From positions 62,372,001-62,436,000 of the forward strand of contig NC_079172.1 of the NCBI RefSeq assembly GCF_947568905.1: a stretch of DNA of 64,000 nt. Reading direction: 5' to 3'. Made by a program: the position numbers and the translations under genes. A model generated the notes under the pieces. The model was not told the DNA's origin, made no database searches, and saw only the letters and a program-made list of their open reading frames with translations. Origin of the DNA: Ostrea edulis (lineage: Eukaryota). Positions 29,001 through 41,383 of the stretch are shown piece by piece. Position 1 is the stretch's first letter. Every line of letters starts with the position of its first letter.

Positions 29001-32000
29001 TGCATTCTAGAGAAAGGTTTTGACTACTGTCAGAAATCTGGTACGTTTTCTTTATGATTATTTAATACATGCACCACTTCCAAATTAGTGAAAGCATATT
29101 GTACTGCATAGAAAAATCAACATTTGACATGGGTATTGCCAAGGGCAGCAATATCTGGTGTATTGTGAAATGTGTTCTCATTTTGTCGTTGAAATTCAAC
29201 GGCATCGTTTTACACATCGACAGTTATGTAAAAAAAAAAGTGAAGATGACGAACGGTGAATAATCTCATAATGTGCAACTTTTAATTTTCTGTTTGATAT
29301 GAACGGGTTTCTATAATGTTCACATTCCAATAGATTGACCTATGTATATGAAAACCTGACAATCAACAAAATATCCCGGATTGTTAACAAAAACCAGACT
29401 GATTCCCTTTGTTGATGTCGTGACGTACATGTACAAAGGAGAAGAACTACATTTGTTATAGATCTGTAACGTTCAAGCAATAAAATGTTTTTCTTGGTTG
29501 TTTTATCGGGTGATGAAGGCAGCTAGCACTGCAGAAAAATTCTTAACCCGCGTCGAGAGTTATGAAATTTTATTTTCTGCAATGATTGCTACTTTTATCA
29601 CCCGATAAAACAACAAAGAAAGATATAAAAAAATTTATGAATTTGTTTTTTAAAAATATAAACTAAATTTAAGTACTGAAAAATCATATCGTTACTTTTT
29701 AAAACGGAACAGCCAACTAAAACCTTAGACCTTGACAACGCTCCTTATTTGGTAATGATTACACGGACAGATGGTACTAAAATCCAACTCGAACTAGTTT
29801 GCAACAAACATGTATTCATTGTCTTTGATGAAAGCAATGACAATTTCAAAAGAAATATAAGAAAAATGATTCAGTGAATGTTTGTTTCAGTGAATGTAAA
29901 TACATGTATAATAGCTATAGACTATTAACAAGAAGAAACTACAGCTGTGCTGAAGTCCCAGGACGGAACCATTCAGTTGTAAGAGAACAATGACGCATAA
30001 TAATAAAGGCGTCTCAACTTTTTAATCATCAAATTTCAGGCATAACTAAATAAATAGACACAAATACTGAATACCAAGTCCTCATCGAGTGTTTAAATTA
30101 AGCAAGTCATTGATATTTGGCCCAGAAGAAATTAACTGAATCCACGACAGTTTGCAAAAGTGAAGTTATTTGCTCTTTGAAGATGTCAGTAACATTTGGT
30201 TCTCGTTGCACCATTTGCACGGTAATATGAGAAACTTTGTATCCTATGAAATATTTAGTGATAATGGAATCATTATCGGTGAGTCATAAACACTGTTTTG
30301 ACAGGTAAAGAACATTAGAACGATTAAAGAATTTTTGCAAATCATCTATTCAGGGAAAACCATGACCTACTAAAGTCTAAGTAAAAATCCGACACTTACT
30401 GTCTCTGTTTTCCTTGACAAATGATTATTGACCAATGCGTTCGTCCGCGTTATTCAATGTTTTACTAAATGATATACCCTTGAGATTTGTTCTACTTTCA
30501 TTACCCCCACTCATCAATAGTTTTCTATCCTATAGTCTCATAATATATTTGGAACCTGATAGTGAAAAATGGCCAGGTGTATCTTTTGGTTATACTTTCG
30601 AATCTGAACTACTTTGTACAATAAAAAAGGTGAATATAATGAACGGTTATAAATCTCATCATTACCATAAAGAACACAAAATATAGAGCATGACAAATAC
30701 GGACCCCTGGACACACCAGAGGTGGGGGTCAGGTGCATAGGAGGAGTAAGCATCCCCTGTTGACCAGTCACACCTACTGTGAGCCCTTCATCTTTCGTAC
30801 TATGAAGTAAAAATCGGTATTCAAAGAAATGCATGCCTATCAATGGGTATAAACGTTAGGCAGCCTTGGATCCAATGACAGGTTGTATTTGTAAGTTAGA
30901 TCATTATAACAACCCTAGATCTCGTAAAATGCTGACTTTAAACGAGACTGTTTAAAGTCATGTAACATCAAATTACTTGTCAGAAGCCTGCCTCGATTAA
31001 AACAATTATCCTATGCAGAATATGCTCCCGTGTACCGAATCAGTTGAGAGACATAAACACCATATGCAGGTGGTAATGGAATATTGCTGCATAAATATGG
31101 GAAGTTGACAACATAAAAGCTAAGGTTACCTCGTTCATTCATAACCATGAACATCTGTGTTCGTTATGATATATAAAGCATGAAAGGTGAAGATAACGAA
31201 CAGTGATCAATCTCATAACTCCTCTAAGAAATACAAAATAGAGAGCACATGGTTTATTGAAGTCAGTGAAATGTAGACATTCACCGATATTTTTTTAAAA
31301 GATACAAGAAGCAGAATTTCTACTAAAATAAACATCACCAACTTAAGAAAGATTTGCTAATGGGTTTTTTTTCCAGAGATCATGAATATGGTATCTATAA
31401 TATCAATGATTTTAGATTGGAAAAGTAATTAAAGATGTTTTCTCCTGCAGGTGATGACAGGGTGAATTTGAGTCCTACCCTTACTTCGATGTATACATTA
31501 TTTATCAGGGAACACAATCGACTTGTCGACCATCTACAGTGCACGAACCCGCAATGGCTTCCGGAATTTGTCTTCCAAGAGGCCAGGAAAATCATTGCGG
31601 CTCTGATCCAGCAAATAACATATACTGAATACCTTCCGGTTATTCTCGGAAAAGAAGGCATGTGGAGATATGGCTTGACTATCAACAGCGATGGTTATGA
31701 CTATTCTGCATATAACCCGAATGTTAACCCAGGAATCTCGAACAGCTTTGCTTCTGCAGCCATTAAATTCATCCACACCCAAATACCCAGTATGCTCGGC
31801 TTTTACGATAACGAAACTCGTTACGTCGATTTAGAACGAACGTTTCACAGACCATGGTATGCGCAACAACATGGCGGCAGAGGCATTGAAGAGATAATGG
31901 AATGGTTGGTTAATGATGCTCAACCGGAAACCAATAGGTCATTTTCTTTTGTTATCTTGCCATTAGAATAATCCTGAAATCCATGTTTACCACTCAATGC

Positions 32001-35000
32001 TCTTCAGTAGCAATAGCTGTAGGGGAGGTTCACCAGTCTCTCTGACAGGACACTTACGTGGTAATATATCACCGGACTACCCAACAAAATAAATATTTCC
32101 TGGTGTAACGAATATATCCTTAATCATTAGCGGGTTAGTCATGGAACCTTTGGAGTAATTAAAGTACACTTCGAAGGCGATGTCAATTTCCTAATGTTTC
32201 CGTTATCACCTAGACCATTGTTAAATGTATATAAATCATTATGTGTAGTAATTATCCAGCGGCTCCACAGTGGTGCAACACTTACTTGTTTTTACATCCG
32301 GGGGCTTCCATTAGTGCTGATTTAAAGAATCGGGCTCATAATATACTTAGAGTGTATTTAGATCAAACTAAATTCAAAATTTACCACGACTAATTTTCAG
32401 ATTTGTTTTACGGTGTATACAACATAATTTGAGGGGGAAAATCTCTACATTCATAAACACAGAAGAATTTATGTTTTGTTAAATGCTATTTATTTTTAGA
32501 ATTTGGACTATAGGAAAGTCAGAAACCTTTCCAAATATGTTGCTGGATATCAATCATCTCTTATTACTGCAGAAAAAATATCTAATTACATTCCATGCTT
32601 GAAAAAAATCGAATGCCAACTATATGAATTGTATCACTGTGGGATATGAGAGAAGTTTTTGTAGGTAAAATAAGGCAAAAAATAAATTAGTTTCCGGTCT
32701 TACTGCAAGGAAGAGGGAGTTTGCTTTAGTGGCAACGGAAATTCCCGAAGGAAAATGCATTTCATATATGGTCTCTATGTCAGATACGACCTCTATGTCA
32801 GATACAATCTCTATGTCAGATAAGGTCTCTATGTTAGATAAGGTCTCTATGTCAGATACAGTCTCTATGTCAGATAAGGTCTCTATGTCAGATACAGTCT
32901 CTATGTCAGATACAGTCTCTATGTCATACAGTCTCTATGTCAGATATGGTCTCTATGTCAGATAAGGTCTCTATGTCATATAAGGTCTTTATGTCAGATA
33001 CGATCTTTATGCTAGTGCCTCCTGATTTATGGACCAGGGGCCCGTTTTACATAACAACTTACGACAAAGTCGCAAGTTTAGATTGTATTACACAGTTATT
33101 ACTTTAAATGAATGAATTTAAACTTTTCTGATGATTAATTTCCAACATTTTCTTTAAGAAAAAGTTTGCATTTGGAGTGAATGGTCTTACAATAAACTGG
33201 AAAATTCCAGTATGTAAAGTTTGTCGTAAGTCGTAAATTATTTTGTAAAACGCGCCCCTGGATTTTAGGTTTTGATGACGTGACTGACGAACGGGATACA
33301 ACGTCTCCTACCGAGAGCGGGGAACGTTACATACCAAAGTGATATATTTATAGATTTTACGTTCCTGCTGTGAGGGACTCCTACTTGAAGTTTAATGGCA
33401 GTAGCTTAGACCTGGCGGCTGTAGATATACAGAGAGGGCGTGACCACGGACTGCTGGCCTACAATTCCTGGAGGAAGTTCTGTTCTCTACCAATCGCAGA
33501 CAAGTTCGAAAATCTGCTGGACCACGAGCCTGAAATGATACAGAAACTCAGGGACATATACAAGTAAGATAACATACACACTGTACACACTACATCGATA
33601 ACATTATTTGTGGTTATGAATTTTTTTGGATTTGGTGACATATTTTACAATATTAAATAATCATATATTGTGAGTAGTTTGAAGTTTTGGGCCCTACACA
33701 GAAATAACCGCAACACAAATCATAAAGCGTGGCTCGCTATAGCTTCATTAATTGCGGTGAAAATTTTGATTTTATTTACCATGGACTTGTGAGTTACATA
33801 AAAAACGTCGATATTAAATATTTTGTTTAAGTTTGGTGGTATATCTTTTTTTAAAAGTTAGTGAAGGGAACATATTAGCAAAGTGAACACTGGAAGCTTC
33901 CCATCGTAAAAACTTAGGTACAGGTCGTGTAGAGATCGAGAGTAAAAACTTTGATTGACTATAGAAAAATATTGATATAATAATTCATTATCAGTTTATT
34001 TTTTTGCTTGTATGTATATCACGTCTACCGTGACACACGAGCACCGTTTCGATTGTTTGATTGTTTTACGTCCTGTCGAGAATTTTTCACTCATAAGGAG
34101 ACGTCACCTGCTGTAGGTAAAGTACCACAAAGTAAGATCTATGTTTAACGCTCAGGAATGTAGGAGTGAGGGTTATTTATCAAGCCAACGCCTGTCGCAA
34201 CACAGGGCCCTCGTTTTGAAGGCCATATCCGAAAGACCCGTGATTCTCACTTCTAAATGTCAATCGTTTGACGAAGGAGTAATAACTACTTATCTCAACG
34301 TCTTAGGTTTGACATGGCACGAGCGGAGCTCTAACTCACGATCTCTCAGTTACGAAGCACACGCTCTACCACTGAGTTACCGCGGCCGATCTCCTCCGTT
34401 TCTAAGGTTATATTTAGCAAAGGAACGTCACTATCTATGATGTACGTTTAAGTTTTGATGCGAACCTTCCAGTTGCGAAGCGAGCGCCCAAACCACTAGG
34501 CTTCTCAACAAATTTGACAGGGAACTGATTTACGGAGTTACGCCCCGTATTCAAATACAGAAAATTCTCAAGTTTACGGAAATTGCATTGATCTCCATGA
34601 AATTAAAATGATTCTGTGGTGTGGGATTTAATGATTTTTGATAGTTACACGTGTTTTGTTGTGGCAAGCCAAATAGGTTACTACTACGCCTTATAACGTT
34701 TACCTGCCCTGCATGTATGTACTGTGTTTAGTTTCAGAAGTCAGTTAATTAATTATGTCATATATAAACTGACTCTGAAATAATAAACAAAATTGCGTTT
34801 ATCAATTTCAACAGTTTTAGTTCCGCTGCTTTAGTTTTTCTCGTATTAATCAACGAATTCAATGATCTGAAGCTTGTCATTTTTCTATCGGGAATGGTAA
34901 CCTTAATTTCTGAAATAATGACGAACCATTTCAGATCACCAGTTGACATAGATCTTCTGACCGGGGCGTTAACAGAGCGGAAGAAAGCTGGAACAGAGGT

Positions 35001-38000
35001 CGGGCCTACCTTTGCATGCATCATTGGTCTACAGTTTAGCGAACTTAAAAAGGGAGACCGATTCTGGTTTGAAAATCCGGATCCAAGAACAGGATTCACG
35101 ATCAGTAAGACAATTATTCTTAGAAGAAAATATTGATAACGATTACACTCGTCAAGCCAGTCTCATGCAATTTTATGAATACGACTCACTGTGATTTTTG
35201 TGGTAAATTTCAGAACGTGCAAGCACAGTTTATCGTTGCTTCTTATTGAATACACAATGTTGTGTTGGTTAACATTGCATACATATATGATGCTTTGTTA
35301 ATTGGTTAACTTTGTTGATGATTTTGATCTGGGTCATATGAACATCTGAGTAGTTTGTACCGGTGTGATAATTAGCAATCATTGATAACAATCATTAATT
35401 AACAATTAATATACTTTACAGAACAACTGAGTGCAATTCGTCGAATGTCCTTGGCTAAAATAATATGTAGTAATTTGAACATCGAAAGAATTCAACAGCG
35501 AGTGATGTTTCTTCCATCGGAGTGAGTAACATTGATATATAATGCATTTTTAGCTCACCTGAGCCAAACATCCAAGTGAGCTTTTCTGACCAAAAAGTGC
35601 TCGTTATCTGTCGTTGTTGTCAGCGTCCTTTTTCATCATAAACTTTTCAGAACTTCATCCTCCTCTCCAGAACCAATCTGCGAATTTCAAACTTGCCACA
35701 GAGTACCCTTGGGGGAAGGGAATACACGTTTGTTCAAATGAAGGGTCATCCCCTTTCCAAGAGGAAATAATTAAGAAAGGCAAAATATAGGATGGGGTAA
35801 CTAAAAATCTTCGATTCTCAAAACACTGCGCCAGAAAAGGTGAAACGTATGAGAAAGCTTCCTAACATAGTCAAGATTCGTGTTCTTCCCAGAGGAAGAA
35901 TGGGGCTACAATAAGAGATCAAAGTTTTACTCTAGGATTGAATATATAAATTAAACTTTCATTAGAATGTTTGCGATTCGGTTTTTATATTAATTTCTCC
36001 ATGAGGAAAATAATTTGTAAATAGAAATAATCATTTGTGAACAGCTGCAGGTCCGCGGAGTAATTTACACGCATGTCGGCCGTCAGCACAAATTAACAGC
36101 AATTGCAGTTTTCTCTGATTTATTGCATGATACTCAGTTTAGGACATGTGTATATTAAAACTCAGTTTAGGACATATGTATATTAAAAGAACAGTTTTGA
36201 AAAACAGAACTGCCTATCTGACTCGAATTTGGGGCTGAAGAAACGCCTGCCGCCTGTTGATTGACAGTTTCAAAGTGTGGGTGCCTGATGCAGAGCCACC
36301 CTTTTTGCGGACAAACACAAGGGAAGAGACCCATTCAGATTTTGATGGCACTATAACTCCATTATCTATTGAGTTTTTCAAATATGCTTCTTCTTCTTTT
36401 TCGAAACCTAATAGAGTTCGTTTTAGTTTAGCACGGACTGGCTAAGCATCCCCAGTATTCATTCACCTTGTGAGTGATTCTCTTGAAAAGGCATATATCC
36501 ATGTCATTTCTCGCGAAAACGACCTGAAATTCGAGAAACAATTCTTGGACTTTATCCGCTTTGGTCTTGGGTAGGTTTTCAACAGATCTCCTTCAGTTTA
36601 CAAGTCTAACAAATAATCAAATAGTTCTGTAAGTGTTTTACTACTCTGAATATTATTTTGAATCTCCAGGTGGTCTTCGATTACTTCGTCAATTGGTGTT
36701 ACAGTTTTGCAACAAGATAGGCACATCCTCAAACTCTTGGTTTGTGATGGAGTAAGGGGAAAGTAAACCCTATACTGTAGAAGCATTTAAATTCGTGGGG
36801 CCAATTTTCGTGGATTGTTGAATTTTTACGGGTTCATGGGGACGTAATTTCGTGGGTTTATATATTTGTAATAAAGATAACTCTGGAATGTCTTTATTCG
36901 TTAAGGATGTAAATTCGTGAGTGAGGGATACCCACGAATTCCACGAAAATTGAGCCATCACGAAATATAATGATTCCACAGTGTACTCTGTGAAGATTGT
37001 ACCATGGCTCCTCCCTCCACAGTAGCATCTAATTTGCCAGCTACGCGTACTGCAGTATGGGGTGGAGTTCTCAAGGGTTTTTTTCTGTAGCAAGACTCTA
37101 GCCACACTGATAGCTTTTTTTGTCAGCTCTGAGTACCTATGCTTTAATTCTTATTCCTTGAATATTGATGCTTTGATCAGCAAGGCTAATAAGTGCCTTA
37201 TTAGTAGAAAGGAAATCGAGGCCAATTATGATTTGTCTGCTACTATAACAGGCCATTCGAAGAGAACTCCTTTAATTTCGAGAACTGTATCATGGGAATA
37301 ATGAGCTTTTATCAAACTATTCTCGCCGACCTTTAGGGTCACCTCTTTGCCAATATTTAATGGTGGTTTCAGTGAAATGGCAAGCCTCTTATTCATGACT
37401 AAAATCTGTGCTGCTGTGTCGACAATGGCCTTACAGAGTCTCATATCAAATGTTGGTCTATGCATTAGATTGGGATGACGATGATCTTGTCCTTTTCCGT
37501 TGTTTACAGTCTAATGCAAAGCGACCCATTTCCTCACAATTATAGCAGGAACTTCCTCTAGCTGGGGAAGGTGATTTTGCTTGACCTATGGTTCTCTGAG
37601 GAGATCTTTGTCTGCTTGAGAGTGAGTTCATAAACTTATCAATGTTGAAATTTACTGCTTCCAGACCCAACTTTAAAGTTTCGACATCTGCTGTTAGCTT
37701 ATCCACTCGAGTTTGAGGGTGGATTGTGCGAGAATAAATTCTGATTCTTCCTCGCTGTCACTGTGTCATTGAACCGAACTTTCATGACTTCAGGCATACG
37801 GGCTCCTAAAATAAGTCTTTGGTAGTTAATAGCTGCCTTAACATGCTGTAGGGCAATTTCTAAGGTTGTTGGATCTTTGCCCATGTCTGTTAATGTTGCC
37901 CATTTGAATGATATCTGTGATTATTGTATCTATGACACTTTCAGGTACAAGTTCGGCAAGCTCCTCAACCGACTAGTTCTCCTATTTCATATTTTGAAGC

Positions 38001-41000
38001 TTTCTTCGAACAGTAAGAGGCAAATCCTCTTGCCCAAATTTTGCCTTAAATTTCTTGCATAGGTCCTTTTAGTTATTTTGGACTAGTTTGGCACATGTGC
38101 AATAGAATTTTATTGCTTTGTCTCATAAGGATTCAATTAGTCTTTCAAGGCGCTGTTCATCAGTCCATCTATATTGGTCTGCAATTCTTTCAAACTGGAC
38201 TTTGAATGGGCATCACTCAGTGCATCCGTGAAATATAGCCATCTTAGGTGGTCCATCATTGTGGGAGCCATTTGGGCTAGAATATTTCAAGCCACTATTG
38301 GTTCCACCTTTCGAGTTAAATTTTGTAGCTGAAGTATGTGTTACACTGCTTGTGGGGCCAGACTTAGTCAAGCTACTGTTAGCAGAAACACTTCTAGTTA
38401 GTTCAGCACTGGCCACCAGTCCCGAATCAAAAGTATCTGACTTCAGACCTCTTTGAATGTCTACTTTGGATGAACTGTCTCTTCCATAAATGCCTTGCAG
38501 TGCTAGTTTATCAAAACACTCCCCTTTTACAAATAAGTCCGATTTGCTCTCCGTCGGCTTGCTTTCCATATGTTCTATCATGTAAGCCATCCTCTTCATT
38601 TCCGAATCATAATTTCTTTGCATTGCTTTATAGTGTTCATGGATTTCTTTTATCTTGATTGTAAATCTTTCGACACATTGTCTAATGCGATACTTTGTTC
38701 CTCATCTTTTATCTCTTTTATTGAATCAATCAGTGTAAGCGAAATTTCGAAGGAAATCTTTTCTTCTGTTAGCAATTTTTGTAGAGTTGCAGTAGTGTTT
38801 TGAAGGTTTTCCTCCACATCTTTGAGAGCGATATAACCCTTTTTGTCCCCAAGTTTAAGAATGGCGACAGCTCGTTGAGCGCCGATTCCCTCAAGGATCA
38901 AGAGATTGTCCATGGATGCCGTAATTTAAAGGTTTGTCATATTTGGAAATATGTTGGCAACCTAGAGTGAGTTTAACTCTTCTTCTGATACGTGAATCTC
39001 CAAGATGTCATCCTTTGACATTTTAAAACAATTACAATTAATATCGTCTGTAAATCTTTTTGTCCAAATAAGTGCTAAATGTGTGTCTGCATGTTTACCA
39101 TCATATAATGCAACGAATATATAGGAAACACGCACTCTAGGGGAACCAACTTTCTTTTTGTTTGTATCCTTGCGACGGCGTTTAAGGTCACAATTGAATG
39201 GTAGAATTGGCGTTGATTTCCTTGATTGCAGAATTTAGCTCTTCAATTTGTCTACAGATTTCTGTGTCGTGCACTTTAAATTGGCTGGGTCAGCATGACT
39301 TTTCGATGTACATGTATTATACATTAAGTGCGGAATAACAAGGCAATTCAATAAATGTAACCTTACAGTTGGGATAGTGGCCTACAATGTTCACCAGTCT
39401 ACGATATTGGGACAAAATGAATTCAATAAATACAGTATCATCCCAAGATCTAACGCTTGTGAAGTGGCCTGCTTTTACAGAGATATCACAAGTACCCAGC
39501 CATACATAGAACAAATATTTTCTATTGCAATTTGTCTTCAAAGTTTTTTTCTAAGTACAGTAATCAATAGCTGGGGCTCTACGCCAGCCTGGTTCACACC
39601 AATATTCAACAAATCTAAATCTATCCATTTTATCGCAAAACCTTTGCTATCAGACAATAGAACTGGTGTACAGTGAAGACTGGAAGATGTTTTTTCTCCT
39701 TAAGAAGTTACAGTATCTATCTTTGGTTTTGACAATGCCATTAAAAAAAGATGAGACTTTGCAAAATTTGGACGCTTTGTCAGGAGGCCAACGTAAAAAT
39801 GAGTAAAATTGTTTACAAATTATTATTAAGTAGTTAATTAATAGCCAAAACACTAAGAAAAAAGCGAGACTAAGGATTTTTTTTATTATGGTGGGGATTG
39901 CGTACCAACAAACGAAAACACGCCAAAATGACAAACCTCAAAATGATTAAACTATTGCCAAAAATTTAAATTTGAGAATTAAAGATTTTTTTTTTTTTTT
40001 TTTTTTTATTTTTTTTTTTTTTTTAGAAAAAACGTTTATTGTTGATTTTCAATGTTTTCTATGATGAAAATACTAATGACCCAAGAACTAGGGAAAAACA
40101 TGAAACTTTCATTCTGGCAGAGTTACTGAATATCCAAGTTATATGGATAAGTATTTCCTTCTGACACCAATGTTGTGCTGGTCAATTACTTCGGACTGCA
40201 GGAATTCAGTCTGGGGTCCGGTACATGATGTTCTCTGAAGCGAGGATCAACACTGAGGAGGCATCAGCTTAATTCGTGCCGCTACAGTATTTTCAGAATT
40301 TACTTCTCTCAGTTTTTTTCTCATTTCTTCAATCAGATTTCTTTTATCTAGGTCATCTGTATCAGAGAAAGGATCCGCCATCCCACTATCAAAAATTTCT
40401 ACGTCAATTTCTTCCAAATATCCAAGTTCTCAGGATTTTCCTTCCATTTTTAATTTTTCTGTAAAATTTCTATAACTCAGCAAGTCCATTTAGCAGACGT
40501 TTGTGTCATTTTTCAATTTAGAGTTATTGCCCTTTCCTTATTTTTACAGTAATGAACATTTGATGTTATTTGTACTATTTTGTTAATAGTGTGAGTAATT
40601 CAGTTGAAATTTGATAGTAAATGTAAGATTTTTCCAAAACTTGATGTTAAAAAGTTGTATGAGAAAATGCTCGAAAAACAAATAATTCGGTTTTTTATGT
40701 GTATATTTTGATAACAGTACATATACCATAGGGTTACCATGTGAGGTGTGATGTAAACATTGAACAATTGCAACTGTACACGAGTATCTCTTAAAACATA
40801 TCAAAATTAACTTCATTGGAGAATGAATAGAAAAAGTATTCAATATGTTTCTATAGGAAAAGTATCATCAATGGAGATATAGCTGACTTGCATAGTATAC
40901 TGTATGGGAAAAACAATCTTATAAATCCTCTTCTCAAGAACTGCAAGACTATGATTAGTCGTATCAATATGCATATATTTCAGGATGTGTGGATTCATTC

Positions 41001-41322
41001 GTTTTGACTTTATGGACCCTGGGTTTAGGGTGGGGCTAGAATTAGGAATAAAGTTTTACAGTATACATGAATATAGAACAAAGTAATTTCCTCCAGAACA
41101 GTGACACCATTTTAGATATATTGATATTGAAGAATCCCTATGTTGTATGTATTCAATTCGGTTCAGCCATGACCCCCGGGGGGTAGGGTGTGGTCATGAC
41201 ATCGATTCAGAATTCATAATGAGAATAAAGAGGGGAAAATCTTTTAAAATTTAAACAGCAAGACCAAGGTGACTTATGTGAGTGTTGTGGCCCATGGGCC
41301 TCTTGTTAAGAATTTTAATATA

Positions 41323-41383
<61 letters not shown>

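Noticed and set aside
32729-32965. SMSDTV-repeat ORF
   Set aside because: Translation of the 18-bp minisatellite.
40430-40432. In-frame TGA as selenocysteine
   Set aside because: No SECIS was recognised and there is no redox motif; a nonsense mutation is simpler.
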